Shown here: positions 17,914 through 27,787 of the stretch, piece after piece
How positions within the stretch are numbered: the first letter of the stretch is position 1
How the letters are laid out: every line of letters starts with the position of its first letter
Source: a phage
Sequence record: PZ179884.1
Length of the DNA: 44,035 nucleotides
Direction: 5' to 3' (one strand)
The notes under the pieces: generated by a model
What the model was told of the DNA's origin: nothing
What the model saw: the letters and a program-made list of their open reading frames with translations, nothing else
The model's database searches: none
Made by a program: the position numbers and the translations under genes

Positions 17914-19851
17914 ATGTCAAGCGGATGCGGTGACGTTTTAAGCCTGGTGGATTTACAAACCGCCAAGAAACACCAGATTTTCGAGGCCGAGGTTATCACC
18001 GGTAAAGCTGGCGGTGTAGCTACGGGTGCTGATATTGATTACGCAACTAATCAGGTTACGGGACAGACACAGAAGACGTTGCCAGCCGTGTTGCGTGACG
18101 CCGGGTTCAGACCTGCGCCATTCACATTCGAAACAGGTGGGACTTTGGGCGTTAACGACGCTGACCTGGCGGTGTTGTGGCCAGGGCCATCAGGCGACGG
18201 CAACTATTATGCATGGAAAGGTGCCCTGCCAAAAACCATCCCGGCATCTTCAACCCCGGCGTCTACGGGCGGAGTAGGCCAGACCGCATGGGTTGCCGTT
18301 AGTGAAGCTGCATTGCGCCGTGATTTGGCCCTAAGCACTGGCGCAGGGTTAGTTGGTACGTCTTCGGGGCGCACGGTGCAGGGCGAGGTTGATCATTTCA
18401 AAATAGGGTATATGACCCCTGATGATTTCGGCGCGGTAGGTGATGGCACTACTGACGACACTACCGCTATAACTAACGCTATTGTGTACTGTTCCTCCAA
18501 TAACATCCCCCTCAGGGTCCCATCAAAACCATATGTGTATACAGGCGGGACTGTAACTCAAAACATTACAATTATTGGCGATAAAGTACCTTTTTATAAC
18601 GCATCGACAAATACAATGACATCCGGCAGCAGAATTATCGGCGGCATGCGTTTTTCTGGAAATCAAGTTGTAATTGAAAACATGGGGTTTAAGCGGCCTA
18701 CCGGCTCCCCAGGAGACGCCCTGGTGTTGTCAACAAATAACGCGGCAGGTGCTAGCGCTAGGGTTAGAAATGTAGTAGCTGCTGGTCTTGCAGCAACTGA
18801 CGCTTTCCATGCCTGTCTGGTAGAGGGGTACGATGCCGCCCATATTTCTGATGTTACCGGCGCGTATAACCTGTTCGGTGTTGCCATAAAAAGTAGAAAT
18901 GTTGTGGCTAAGGGTCTTATAACTTATAGCTGCGATACCGGGCTGATTATCAAATCTGACGCCGAATTCAGTACAGCCAAAAATGTCGTTGTTACGGGCC
19001 ATGTTAACGTAGGCAACGGCGTTTGCAGCCAGGGCGTGTGGCTGATTGCTACCACAGCACAAATGGAGCGCATTCTTGTATCTAATCTTGAAAGTACAGG
19101 CTCCGCGATAAACTGCCGTATTAACGGGTCGACTGCCGGGGTTGTTAACGATATTGTAGTTAACGGGGTCAGCTATAGTGGGGCTACCTACGCCGATTTT
19201 GTCATCGATGGCGGGGCCTCTGGTAAGCTGTATAATGTGTCTCTTAATGGTGTATCAGCGGTTAGCAGTGTCAAACTAGCTTCAGTTGGGTTCTGCGAGC
19301 AACTCACCGTTGATGGGTTCTATGGTTCAATCACGAATGCCGCCGCCGTTGATACTGCCTTTGAAGTTTCCAGTGGTGTTGGATTGTTCGTCGGGTCTAA
19401 TATTCATTTGGCGGTGAATTACGGGCCCGCATTTGCGGGGCTTACGCTCGGGAACAGCTATGCGAATAACAGGCTATCCGGCGTGCGTGCTAAGGTATTA
19501 GGCGCGGGCAAGCCCAGACCTGGATACACAGAGGTAACGGTTTCTGGAGCAGCGCAGGCCCTTACTGTCGGGGATTCATTATTCAATTCTGGAGCAGTGT
19601 TTATCACCACGGCAGCGGCTTCTAGTTCTTATAGCAGTATTAACGTTAATGACGTAATTGGGCAGCCTGTGTCCCCCGGGTTCAGATTAGCCATTCGTAA
19701 CGGCTCCGCTAATACCGTTGTGTTCAACCACAATCCGGGTACTGGCGGTATTATCAACAATGCTAATATTGCTAAAAATCTTGGCGGAGGGGATATAATT
19801 GAATACACCTTCGACGGGACTAACTGGCGTCAGACTCCATCAATAACATAA
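17914..19851 (+). CDS. Tailspike, likely receptor-binding depolymerase (645 aa)
   Basis: Conserved-looking N-terminal anchor followed by Gly/Asn/Val-rich repetitive region typical of a right-handed beta-helix. Confidence 0.55.
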   Translation: MSSGCGDVLSLVDLQTAKKHQIFEAEVITGKAGGVATGADIDYATNQVTGQTQKTLPAVLRDAGFRPAPFTFETGGTLGVNDADLAVLWPGPSGDGNYYAWKGALPKTIPASSTPASTGGVGQTAWVAVSEAALRRDLALSTGAGLVGTSSGRTVQGEVDHFKIGYMTPDDFGAVGDGTTDDTTAITNAIVYCSSNNIPLRVPSKPYVYTGGTVTQNITIIGDKVPFYNASTNTMTSGSRIIGGMRFSGNQVVIENMGFKRPTGSPGDALVLSTNNAAGASARVRNVVAAGLAATDAFHACLVEGYDAAHISDVTGAYNLFGVAIKSRNVVAKGLITYSCDTGLIIKSDAEFSTAKNVVVTGHVNVGNGVCSQGVWLIATTAQMERILVSNLESTGSAINCRINGSTAGVVNDIVVNGVSYSGATYADFVIDGGASGKLYNVSLNGVSAVSSVKLASVGFCEQLTVDGFYGSITNAAAVDTAFEVSSGVGLFVGSNIHLAVNYGPAFAGLTLGNSYANNRLSGVRAKVLGAGKPRPGYTEVTVSGAAQALTVGDSLFNSGAVFITTAAASSSYSSINVNDVIGQPVSPGFRLAIRNGSANTVVFNHNPGTGGIINNANIAKNLGGGDIIEYTFDGTNWRQTPSIT

Positions 19852-19855
19852 AACT

Positions 19856-19880
19856 AAGGCCCCGTTTGGGGCCTTTTCTC
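19856..19880. terminator. Bidirectional rho-independent terminator
   Basis: Stem AAGGCCCC / GGGGCCTT, loop GTTT, T-run; preceded by ACATAAAACTAAGGCCCCG, nearly identical to the terminator at 8031-8063. Confidence 0.75.
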
Positions 19881-20017
19881 TACTCTTCCGATAACTTCTC
19901 CAGCACAAACGCCAGTTGCGCATTAGCGGCATCTCTCTGTTGCCGTAGGCGTAGAACCTCCTCTTCGAGTTCCTTGATACGTTTTTGCAATGCTGGAATC
20001 GGGGCTATGATGTTCAT
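19880..20017 (-). CDS. Small coiled-coil protein (45 aa), not in ORF track
   Basis: ATG overlaps stop of upstream gene (ATGA); heptad-like QKRIKELEEEVLRLRQQRD. Confidence 0.3.
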   Translation of the reverse strand: MNIIAPIPALQKRIKELEEEVLRLRQQRDAANAQLAFVLEKLSEE

Positions 20018-20199
20018 TTCTTACCTTCGCTTTTCTTGAAGCTGCGCTTTATGTCCGGCAGCGTGTAACATCGTGACTTTTCATATTTACCGTTCGAGCT
20101 TACTAAAACAAAGCTGTTGCCGTCTTTTGATATGTACTCGATGGTGAAAGTATTGAATGAGCGTATGCTGTATATTTCATCACCAACATTAAGTTTCAT
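20014..20199 (-). CDS. Hypothetical protein (61 aa)
   Basis: ORF track; coupled to the helicase gene. Confidence 0.4.
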   Translation of the reverse strand: MKLNVGDEIYSIRSFNTFTIEYISKDGNSFVLVSSNGKYEKSRCYTLPDIKRSFKKSEGKK

Positions 20200-21620
20200 T
20201 TCTTACCTCGTCTCTTCATGTAATTAAGCAACTCTTCCTGGACCGATTTCTTCTCGTCCGTACGCGCCGCAACAACCTCATCCAGCGTGTCTTTAGCAAC
20301 GATGTGATAGAGGAACACCGGGCGCTCGTGGCCCGCCTGTTTCTGACGGACCGGGCCTATACGCTCGACAACCTGCAAATAGTGCTCAAGGTTCCAGCCT
20401 TGTGAGATGAATGCCAGATGATGTCCGCCGTCTTGTAAATTCAAACCATGGCCCGCTGACGCAGGATGTACGCATAAGATTTCTACTTCACCGCGGTTCC
20501 ACGCTTCCATCTGCTTATTACCCCTGGCACCTTTGGCAAAGGCCTGTGCTTGTGGGAATCGCTTAAGGATGCGCTCCAGTTCGTGCTTGAACTGATAGGC
20601 CACCAGTAACGGTGCCCCCTGTAACTCCTCAACAATGGACTCGAGCGCATCAAGTTTCGTGTCGTGCACTTTCTCCCATTCTTTGGTTGATTCGCCATCT
20701 GGCCCCGATACATACACGGCACCGGAGGCAATCTGTAGGCACTTCGACGTCTTCGCCGCAGCGTTAGCCGCTTCAACTTCTCCGCTTTCCAGTTCCGCGA
20801 ATAACTTCTCCTCCATATCGATGTACGCCTGACGTGCTTTCTTCGGCAGGTCGATTTCAACCGGCACAATAATCGGCGCTTCACACCCGAACCACTCGGC
20901 GGCGTCAATCGTGAGACTAATGTCCTTCATCTTCTGGTGAATTTCATTATCCGCACCCGGGCGTGCGTGGTATTCACGGGCCATCGCAGATTTCCCTTTC
21001 TGTACCGAGTTAAACCAGCGGTCGGTGAATGCTGTGTACGATGACCCCAGGCGCTCGCCTGCGTCGATAAACCAGTTCTGCCCCCACAAGTCCTTGAGGC
21101 CGTTTGGTGACGGCGTGCCAGTCAGGTTAATGAAACGCTTAACTTTGCCAAATGCCACTTTACTAAGCGCCTTTGCCCTCTTGCTGCCGCCTGAACGGCT
21201 GCGGAATGACTTCAGTTTCGTGCTTTCATCGGCAACGATAACGGTAAAAGGCCAGTCGTCTTTGCCGTAGTAGTCAATCAACCACTCTATTACCTCATAG
21301 TTCGTGCACACCACGTTAGCGTCCGACTCCAGCGCCGCGATGCGGCGCTTCTCTGAACCGGTCGCGTCTACGACACGCAGACATGGGAAATTCCACTTAG
21401 TTTGTTCCGCCGGCCATGTGCCTGATGCAACGCGCAACGGGGCGAGGATTAACACGCGGTCCTCTTCTGTAAGCTGCCCGTTGCGGAACAGTCGGTTTAA
21501 TGTCCACAGTACGCTGCCAGTCTTCCCGGCGCCCATGCTCGCCCAAATATTACAGCGATGGTGCCGCAACATGAACGAAGTCATTAGCTTCTGGTATTCG
21601 CGCCTTTGAAACTTACTCAT
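20196..21620 (-). CDS. SNF2/DEAD-like superfamily 2 helicase
   Basis: Walker A GAGKTGS, DExx box VIVADEST, C-terminal helicase-like region. Confidence 0.65.
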   Translation of the reverse strand: MSKFQRREYQKLMTSFMLRHHRCNIWASMGAGKTGSVLWTLNRLFRNGQLTEEDRVLILAPLRVASGTWPAEQTKWNFPCLRVVDATGSEKRRIAALESDANVVCTNYEVIEWLIDYYGKDDWPFTVIVADESTKLKSFRSRSGGSKRAKALSKVAFGKVKRFINLTGTPSPNGLKDLWGQNWFIDAGERLGSSYTAFTDRWFNSVQKGKSAMAREYHARPGADNEIHQKMKDISLTIDAAEWFGCEAPIIVPVEIDLPKKARQAYIDMEEKLFAELESGEVEAANAAAKTSKCLQIASGAVYVSGPDGESTKEWEKVHDTKLDALESIVEELQGAPLLVAYQFKHELERILKRFPQAQAFAKGARGNKQMEAWNRGEVEILCVHPASAGHGLNLQDGGHHLAFISQGWNLEHYLQVVERIGPVRQKQAGHERPVFLYHIVAKDTLDEVVAARTDEKKSVQEELLNYMKRRGKK

Positions 21621-22407
21621 TTACGGCCCCCATGAACGCCTTTATAAATTCAGCGGCTACTTGCGGGACGATAGCATTGCCGTAACCGCGCAATCGTCCC
21701 ACTCTGGCGGGTACCCCATTAGCCAGCGGGAATGTGCTGGGTTCAACTGGCCTGAATTTTCCATCCCGGCATCCGAGCCAGTCAGCATCTGACCAGAACC
21801 CGTTAGGCGGATTGGCTGTGTCAGAGATGCCTCTGTTTGCAGATTGTGGCCCCCGTTCCTGCCCTGATGGCCTGCTCCCGCCGAGTTGTTCGCACACGGT
21901 GTTGGCCAGTTGCTGCGCTCCGAAGAACAATCGATTCCTTTTGTGCGGTGCGCCGACGCTACAAGCTGGGAGTACGGCAAACCCGACGGCGTAGTCTTCT
22001 CTTTCCAGGTGAGTTTGTAAATCGCACATCCACGATTTTGCAATTGCTGCCGCAACCTGCTCCCCAAAGATGACTGGAGGGTGGCACTCGCTGATGAGGT
22101 CGAGGAGCACAGGTGCGAGGTGTCTCTGGTCGAACTGTCCGAGTTGCTTTCCTGCCGTGCTAAACGGTTGGCAAGGCGGACTTCCCGTCCATATAGGCGT
22201 ATCTTCAGAAACTCCCGCAAGTCTGAGCGCGAGAGGCCAGCCGCCGATACCCGCGAAAAAATGACACTGGGTGAACCCGTCAAGGTCTTCTGGCTTAACT
22301 TCGGTAATGCTTCTTTCATCTACAACTCCAAAAGGTATGTGACCCTGTTTTATTAATTCACGCAGCCACGCGGCTGCGCCTTTATCCCATTCGTTGTAAT
22401 AGTTCAT
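21613..22407 (-). CDS. Compact DNA cytosine-C5 methyltransferase (264 aa)
   Basis: Motif I FAGIGGW, motif [14 protein letters not shown]-like FGEQV, RxR motif HKRNR, motif X-like GYGNAIV. Confidence 0.65.
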   Translation of the reverse strand: MNYYNEWDKGAAAWLRELIKQGHIPFGVVDERSITEVKPEDLDGFTQCHFFAGIGGWPLALRLAGVSEDTPIWTGSPPCQPFSTAGKQLGQFDQRHLAPVLLDLISECHPPVIFGEQVAAAIAKSWMCDLQTHLEREDYAVGFAVLPACSVGAPHKRNRLFFGAQQLANTVCEQLGGSRPSGQERGPQSANRGISDTANPPNGFWSDADWLGCRDGKFRPVEPSTFPLANGVPARVGRLRGYGNAIVPQVAAEFIKAFMGAVNE

Positions 22408-22595
22408 TTTGCCACCAGAACTAACTCTTTACGCCCGAACGCCGTAATATTGCCGGTTACATCTTCGATAACCAGTTTACCGTTCGACTCGACGAACACT
22501 GTATCAACGGCAACAGGACGACGGGTCTTAACGTTGAAAATCATGTCACCTGGTACGATGTCACGTGCAGGTTTGCGGTCATATTCGTGTTTCAT
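22404..22595 (-). CDS. Hypothetical protein (63 aa)
   Basis: ORF track; class A promoter directly upstream. Confidence 0.45.
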   Translation of the reverse strand: MKHEYDRKPARDIVPGDMIFNVKTRRPVAVDTVFVESNGKLVIEDVTGNITAFGRKELVLVAK

Positions 22596-22625
22596 TTCTC
22601 AATTCCTTATATTGTTGGTGTAGGA

Positions 22626-22910
22626 CTAACTATAATAGTTCGCTATTAGGTCGTCAACCTGTTTGAACGAACCAACGACAAAAACATTTGCACCACGTTT
22701 ACGCATCCGCTCGTGCTCTCGTATCTGGTGCGGGTCTGGCTTCGTGTTTTCGTCTTTCTTAACCTCGACGAACCAGACGATGCCGCCAGGGAGAATTACC
22801 AGCAGGTCGGGAGCGCCGGAACGCCCCTCGTAGGAAAGTTTACGAACGAGGCCCCCAAGGGCCTCAAATCGCTCTTTTGCGTATTTCTGGATGCGGCCCT
22901 CTTTAGTCAT
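22626..22910 (-). CDS. VRR-NUC domain nuclease (95 aa)
   Basis: PDLLVILPGGIVWFVEVKK motif; start taken at internal ATG 22910, coupled (ATGA) to an upstream micro-ORF; track ORF runs to 23126. Confidence 0.55.
   Translation of the reverse strand: MTKEGRIQKYAKERFEALGGLVRKLSYEGRSGAPDLLVILPGGIVWFVEVKKDENTKPDPHQIREHERMRKRGANVFVVGSFKQVDDLIANYYS
22629..22657 (-). promoter_or_regulatory. Class A promoter (minus strand: TTGACG -17- TATAGT)
   Basis: Near-consensus hexamers; spacer ends ...AATAGCGAACTAT like two other loci. Confidence 0.55.
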
Positions 22911-23059
22911 GACCGCAGCATCCAGGTAAGGAAAGCCCCGCCTAGAAGGGCAACACCGGCAAACTGAAAGAACAGGCCGTAACAGAACATAGCAGCTATT
23001 CCCGCACCGAGTAACAGTGCGAGCATGGTTACTATCGACCCGAATACAAACATTCTCAT
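22907..23059 (-). CDS. Small membrane protein (50 aa, 2 TM), not in ORF track
   Basis: Translated by hand; stop overlaps VRR-NUC ATG; RBS GAGGGG upstream. Confidence 0.3.
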   Translation of the reverse strand: MRMFVFGSIVTMLALLLGAGIAAMFCYGLFFQFAGVALLGGAFLTWMLRS

Positions 23060-23145
23060 AACACGCACCCCTCACGTTTGGTATGCTCAATACCGCAGCG
23101 CGGGCAGATTCGACAGTCTTCTTCATAAAACCAGTAGATTTTCAT
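23056..23145 (-). CDS. Micro-ORF (29 aa), Cys-rich
   Basis: MKIYWFYEEDCRICPRCGIEHTKREGCVL; ATGA overlaps on both sides. Confidence 0.2.
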   Translation of the reverse strand: MKIYWFYEEDCRICPRCGIEHTKREGCVL

Positions 23146-23273
23146 TCCAGCACCCACATATAAATTGCGATGAACATGCCCAATACGGCAACCATCATGC
23201 CGTATTGACCCTCGTGACAGTAGACACCGGCGGCAAATCCCGCCAGTACCGCGATAATCAGTTTACTTAGCAT
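23142..23273 (-). CDS. Micro-ORF (43 aa), hydrophobic
   Basis: Hydrophobic peptide; start overlaps 3' end of polymerase gene by 11 nt. Confidence 0.2.
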   Translation of the reverse strand: MLSKLIIAVLAGFAAGVYCHEGQYGMMVAVLGMFIAIYMWVLE

Positions 23274-25434
23274 AGCGTTTTAACTCCTGACCTTCCGCTA
23301 CGAGAGGGAACCCCTCCGCCCATTCTGGTAATTCGCACATCAATCGCTCAAGCTCTGCAACATTGTATTCTGGCGTATCTGGTGTTTCGCAGATAATTTC
23401 GTCGTGTACGTGAAGCACAATAGGATAGCCGTTTGCTTCAACGTTCAGCAGTGCATTGGCCAGCAAATCACGGCACAGCGCCTGAGTACAGTTTTCCACG
23501 AGTTTACCAGAGTAGGTGTACTGGAAGCCCCACTGCCTGGTTAACTGATTTTCACCCTGATACTTGATGCGCACGTTAGTAGAAACTTTTCCGTCTTCGT
23601 CTGTCTCTTTTGACACGCTCAACCCGACGCCCGGGTATGACATAACGCGACCTGACGGCAACGTCATGCGCAACCACCAACCAGCGACTTTGTTGCCGTT
23701 GTTGTCTGTTTCTACGTTGCGAGAAAACTTAACCCCGCGAGGGCCAGCGGTGAACTCTTTCCCCGGATTACGGATTGCTGCCATAGCTGCGTCTTCAATA
23801 TCGCGCCAGAATTGGACTATTGCAGGATTAGCTTCCCGGTACATGCGCTTTAAAGCGTCACAGGTGCGCCAAACTTTCTTATCAAGGATATATGAGGGTC
23901 GGTCATCTTTTTCACCAGGACGTGGTGGTCGCTTGGCTTCCTGAATACGCGCCCATTCGTATCCGCGTGCGGTAGCGGCCCAAATATGGTCCGGGAATGT
24001 ACCGTCTAAAGTGTTAGTCATGTCATTCAAATCAAGACCTAAGTTTTTAGCAAACGTGACGAAAGCACCGACGCCCCCCGCGTAGCCGAGTCCCAGAACC
24101 ATTGCTTTGGCTATTTGTCTTTGGTCCTTTGTTACGGCTTCATATGCAACATTGAACACCGTTGATGCGAGTTTCTTATACACATCAACCCCGTTTACAA
24201 ATACTTCGATTAAATCGTCTTCACCCGCCAGCCACGCAAGACCGCGGCCTTCGACGTTAGAGTAATCGGCAACGACAAACTTATGCCCTGCTTCCGGTAT
24301 GATGCAGCTACGAACGGTCGATGCCGTTAGCTTGGCCACATCGAAACGGCGATGGGCGCGACCCTTAAGTAACGCCGAAATGCCTTTATCCAGCTCATCA
24401 TCGTGATAGTAACCGCGTGCCAGGTTCTGCGGCTGAAATCCTTTACCGGCAAATCGTAATGTACGCTTGGCTCCGCCGTACTGAATGCAACCACGACGGC
24501 GGTCGTCCGACGAGCGCCCTAACAGCAGCGGGTTATATTTCGTTGACGCTGTGGACGCGGCCCCGAGGCGCATTTCGATAATCGTGCGTGCGTCGTCCGG
24601 TAAATCATCATCCGCCAACAGGTCGTTAAGCGTAGACTTCTGCGCGTTGTGGATGCGGTGCGCTGGTGCAAGTTCACGCAGAATCGGCAGGAAGTCTTTA
24701 CCAGTAAGCGAGCCGCCGTATTTACGTTGAGCTTCTTCCTGTAGCTGGGCCTTGTGTTTTTCCACGGCTTCAATCGCGGCTTCCGCCAGCGTCACATCAA
24801 CCTTAAACCCACGGTCGTTAATCAACTGGTCCATTTCCAGTACACGGTCTTCGAACTCGGAGTTACCCCAACGCGGCAGCTTATGGAAGACTTCACGCAT
24901 CGCAGTGATGTCGCTCACGGCGTACCTGATGAACATCGCCCACTCGTCAGGGTGAGTTTCTGCGGTGTAGCGGCGGATTTTGTAGTTCTTCGGCGTCGGT
25001 TTAGAGAAACGCTTAATCAGAGCCTTGCCGCGTTTATCTTTCGCGTTGTCTGCAGACACGCCCAGCACTTCGCACAGCGCATCGAGTGACCCCGGCAGCG
25101 CGTGACGAAACGCCAAAATCATCGTATCAATGGTGTTGCTTACGGGAATATCAAAGCCCCAGCAGTGTTTCATGATGAGCCTGTCGAACATTGAGCCGTT
25201 GTGCCACACCATCTTAATACGACTGTTCGGCTTAACCAGGCGGCGCAGTGCGCGGTGCAAATCACCCGGCATGTCGTTGCCGTCGGTGCAATCCCATACC
25301 CGCACAGGCTCGTCGTCAAAAGCATATGTGCAGATAAGCACTTCGGTAGTCGGGTGTTCGGCGTAAGCGTAGGAGCCGACTTTCTTTAAATCGGCTTCGG
25401 AGAATGTTTCAAAGTCCAGGTATAAGTAGCTCAT
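23263..25434 (-). CDS. Family A DNA polymerase with 3'-5' exonuclease domain
   Basis: Exo I YLDFETFS; motif A DYSNVEGR; motif B KAMVLGLGYAGG; motif C HVHDEI; ATG at 25434 with RBS (track start 25488 is TTG). Confidence 0.8.
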   Translation of the reverse strand: MSYLYLDFETFSEADLKKVGSYAYAEHPTTEVLICTYAFDDEPVRVWDCTDGNDMPGDLHRALRRLVKPNSRIKMVWHNGSMFDRLIMKHCWGFDIPVSNTIDTMILAFRHALPGSLDALCEVLGVSADNAKDKRGKALIKRFSKPTPKNYKIRRYTAETHPDEWAMFIRYAVSDITAMREVFHKLPRWGNSEFEDRVLEMDQLINDRGFKVDVTLAEAAIEAVEKHKAQLQEEAQRKYGGSLTGKDFLPILRELAPAHRIHNAQKSTLNDLLADDDLPDDARTIIEMRLGAASTASTKYNPLLLGRSSDDRRRGCIQYGGAKRTLRFAGKGFQPQNLARGYYHDDELDKGISALLKGRAHRRFDVAKLTASTVRSCIIPEAGHKFVVADYSNVEGRGLAWLAGEDDLIEVFVNGVDVYKKLASTVFNVAYEAVTKDQRQIAKAMVLGLGYAGGVGAFVTFAKNLGLDLNDMTNTLDGTFPDHIWAATARGYEWARIQEAKRPPRPGEKDDRPSYILDKKVWRTCDALKRMYREANPAIVQFWRDIEDAAMAAIRNPGKEFTAGPRGVKFSRNVETDNNGNKVAGWWLRMTLPSGRVMSYPGVGLSVSKETDEDGKVSTNVRIKYQGENQLTRQWGFQYTYSGKLVENCTQALCRDLLANALLNVEANGYPIVLHVHDEIICETPDTPEYNVAELERLMCELPEWAEGFPLVAEGQELKRYAK

Positions 25435-25586
25435 TTCTTTTTCCTTAAATCCAGTGCCTTCGTTTCGCTGAGTCTTATTTTCATACAATCACGGCAAATC
25501 CACACATGCCTGTACCCGGCGCGGTACTCATCCGCGTACCACGGAAGCGGTTTCATATATCGGTATACGTGCTTACAGAAAAACAT
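25431..25586 (-). CDS. Small Cys/His-rich protein (51 aa), not in ORF track
   Basis: Translated by hand; stop overlaps polymerase ATG (ATGA). Confidence 0.25.
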   Translation of the reverse strand: MFFCKHVYRYMKPLPWYADEYRAGYRHVWICRDCMKIRLSETKALDLRKKK

Positions 25587-25600
25587 GATTTTCGACCCCT

Positions 25601-25627
25601 AGTAAAAAGGCCCAATGAAGGGCCTTA
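25601..25627 (-). terminator. Rho-independent terminator after the ssDNA-binding-like gene
   Basis: Stem AAGGCCC / GGGCCTT, 6-nt loop, T-run on minus strand. Confidence 0.6.
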
Positions 25628-25645
25628 GTTAAATTGATTCAGATA

Positions 25646-26272
25646 TTAGCGGCGGCGACGTTCGCGGCGCGGTGCTTCATCTTCTTCGTCGTCTTCCAGG
25701 TCATTGACGCTCGCAGCGACTTTAGAACCGCCGAACGCTTTGCCTTCGCCAACGTATTTAATCGCCAGCAGGTTAACGCCGAGGACTTTGTATTTCTGGC
25801 TGAACCAGATTTCAACGCTTACGTTAGCTAAGCATCCGCTGTAAACCTGTTCACCTTCAATCTGTTCGCCGTCTACGTTGAAGTCCTGCTCTACCTGAGT
25901 CTCACCTTTTTTAGAGGTTACAATCAGCGGCTGTTTCTGTGCCTTCGCTTTGAAGTAGAAGCCTTCCGGGAAGTCTTCAAACGGATTGTCGCGCTCGGCA
26001 ATGTCTTTAATCGCGCATTTATCCATGTGCTTACCTTCACCGTAGTTGGACTTCATCCATTTCTCGGCAGCGGCTGCGCCTAACGCTTCTTCAACTACAG
26101 CGTAAACGGTGTCGTAGAGTGCATCGATTTGAGCATGGTCAGACGGCAGGATGATAGTCGCGCTGTACTGGCCTTTAGTGATTGAGCCATCATCGTTTTC
26201 ACGGTCTTTTTCACGTTCAAATACGTTAACCCAAGCAGTGTTTACTTTACGCAGATTCAGTTTAATACCCAT
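25646..26272 (-). CDS. Putative ssDNA-binding protein (DUF2815-like)
   Basis: 208 aa; C-terminal tail DLEDDEEDEAPRRERRRR; neighbourhood with DUF2800-like nuclease and polymerase. Confidence 0.45.
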   Translation of the reverse strand: MGIKLNLRKVNTAWVNVFEREKDRENDDGSITKGQYSATIILPSDHAQIDALYDTVYAVVEEALGAAAAEKWMKSNYGEGKHMDKCAIKDIAERDNPFEDFPEGFYFKAKAQKQPLIVTSKKGETQVEQDFNVDGEQIEGEQVYSGCLANVSVEIWFSQKYKVLGVNLLAIKYVGEGKAFGGSKVAASVNDLEDDEEDEAPRRERRRR

Positions 26273-26331
26273 CTTAATTTCTCGCTTTTAAGTTTCGTTT
26301 ACTCCGGGAAGCTGCCCGGTCAGTGATTAGA

Positions 26332-26360
26332 ACTATAATAGCTAACTATTCAGGTGTCAA
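26332..26360 (-). promoter_or_regulatory. Class A promoter (minus strand: TTGACA -17- TATAGT)
   Basis: Consensus -35; spacer CCTGAATAGTTAGCTAT. Confidence 0.6.
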
Positions 26361-26549
26361 ATAAAATTTCGCAATACGGACTATGTTCTCGAAATCATTC
26401 ATATCAACGGGTTCGAATTCATCCTCCACATGGTTGTATCGCACCATCGTGCCGTTCAGGAACGTAAACGATTCCGAATGGATATAACCACCCCAGCGCC
26501 ATATCATCACAAAATCTTTATCTGTGGGCATTTCATTTACTTGAATCAT
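26346..26549 (-). CDS. Hypothetical protein (67 aa)
   Basis: ORF track. Confidence 0.4.
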   Translation of the reverse strand: MIQVNEMPTDKDFVMIWRWGGYIHSESFTFLNGTMVRYNHVEDEFEPVDMNDFENIVRIAKFYLTPE

Positions 26550-27787
26550 TCTAAATCCTCCTCTGTTACCCTATTCCACTCAGGACGTTTGTCGTCTGCC
26601 GTTGCAACACATGGTGCGCCTGGCTTACGGGTAATGAAGTCTTTCAGTTCTTCTTCCGGTATGACTTTAACCGCTTCGGTTGGCGTCATGAGCACTTGCT
26701 TCATTAGCGCTATGCCATACTTGCCAGCCACTTTCTCTGCGTCTTTCCACGCACGATTGCCCGGGCGGCCCTCAACCAGCTTGTACCCCGGCACTTTCTT
26801 ACCGGAATGCAACGCGGTGGCCATCGCTTTCTCAACCTTGTCGATGTGCTGGCGCAACAACGGCAACTTCTCATATTCAGCTACGAGTTGCTCCGGCGTA
26901 AGTTCCAGCGCAAAGTCGTCCTCCAGTTCTTCCGCCAGTACAGAGTTAACGGTTTTTGTACGCGCGGCACACTGTTCAGAGAACCGACACCACTGACAAC
27001 CATCTACAGACGGCTTGAAATCAGATGCTTTCAGGTTCTTCTTACCGCGGAAATACGCATCAAGCGCCAACAGTGCACGTTTCTTGGCAAACTTAGCGAA
27101 CAGTTCCAGACCTTCAACCGAGATGTCCCACTCCGACGCACCGCCAGCGTACGGCTGGAAGATGACCAGGCGCACTACTGTGATGTTATAACGTCTCTTG
27201 AGTCGGCGATAAACACCGAGAGCGTAAAGCATAAGCTGCTTGTTTTCTTTCGCTTCGACGCGATGCCGCCCGGTTTTCAGGTCGCCGATAATGAGCATGT
27301 GCTCGTCGGTGTTTGCCAGTTCCTGTACAGCAACGAGGTCAGCGGTTCCGAACGTCTCAACGCCTTCATACCCCGGATGCAATACCTCAGTAAGATTGAC
27401 ACGCATTTCCAGCTTGGCGTAAGTCGCTACGTCTATAATCGCTTTGCAGTAGTCGGTGTACTTGCGCACCTGCTCAATCATGTCCGCCGTAATCAGTACC
27501 GCGCCTTTCATCGGGCTGATTAGCGCCTTAATCTGGCCCTTACCCTCATCCAGAACATAAGCACCAACTTCACGCTCTAACGGCAACGCAGTGCCGCGTA
27601 TATGAGCGTTGAGATGGACCTCGGCTATGGTGTGACACGCGGTCCCCGTAACAGCAGCTTTACCGGACGTGTTAGGAATATCTTTTTCACAGGCCAGTGA
27701 TGCACTGCACGCCAGCCACTTTTTGGCGCCAGACGGCGACAGTAAGGCGTGCACATCGTTATTGCCACCGCGTTCTTTTAGAATCAT
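26546..27787 (-). CDS. PD-(D/E)XK nuclease, Cas4/RecB-like (DUF2800-like)
   Basis: DxK motif in IIGDLKTG, QhxxY motif QLMLYAL, C-terminal Cys cluster CQWCRFSEQC. Confidence 0.65.
   Translation of the reverse strand: MILKERGGNNDVHALLSPSGAKKWLACSASLACEKDIPNTSGKAAVTGTACHTIAEVHLNAHIRGTALPLEREVGAYVLDEGKGQIKALISPMKGAVLITADMIEQVRKYTDYCKAIIDVATYAKLEMRVNLTEVLHPGYEGVETFGTADLVAVQELANTDEHMLIIGDLKTGRHRVEAKENKQLMLYALGVYRRLKRRYNITVVRLVIFQPYAGGASEWDISVEGLELFAKFAKKRALLALDAYFRGKKNLKASDFKPSVDGCQWCRFSEQCAARTKTVNSVLAEELEDDFALELTPEQLVAEYEKLPLLRQHIDKVEKAMATALHSGKKVPGYKLVEGRPGNRAWKDAEKVAGKYGIALMKQVLMTPTEAVKVIPEEELKDFITRKPGAPCVATADDKRPEWNRVTEEDLE

Noticed and set aside
20196-22407. SNF2 helicase next to a methyltransferase as a DISARM/BREX-like defence module
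   Set aside because: Only two components, embedded in a replication operon with polymerase and primase; more consistent with phage replication and anti-restriction genes.
26430-27523. Plus-strand ORFs (188 and 238 aa) opposite the DUF2800-like nuclease gene
   Set aside because: Antisense to a motif-supported gene; no promoter or RBS.
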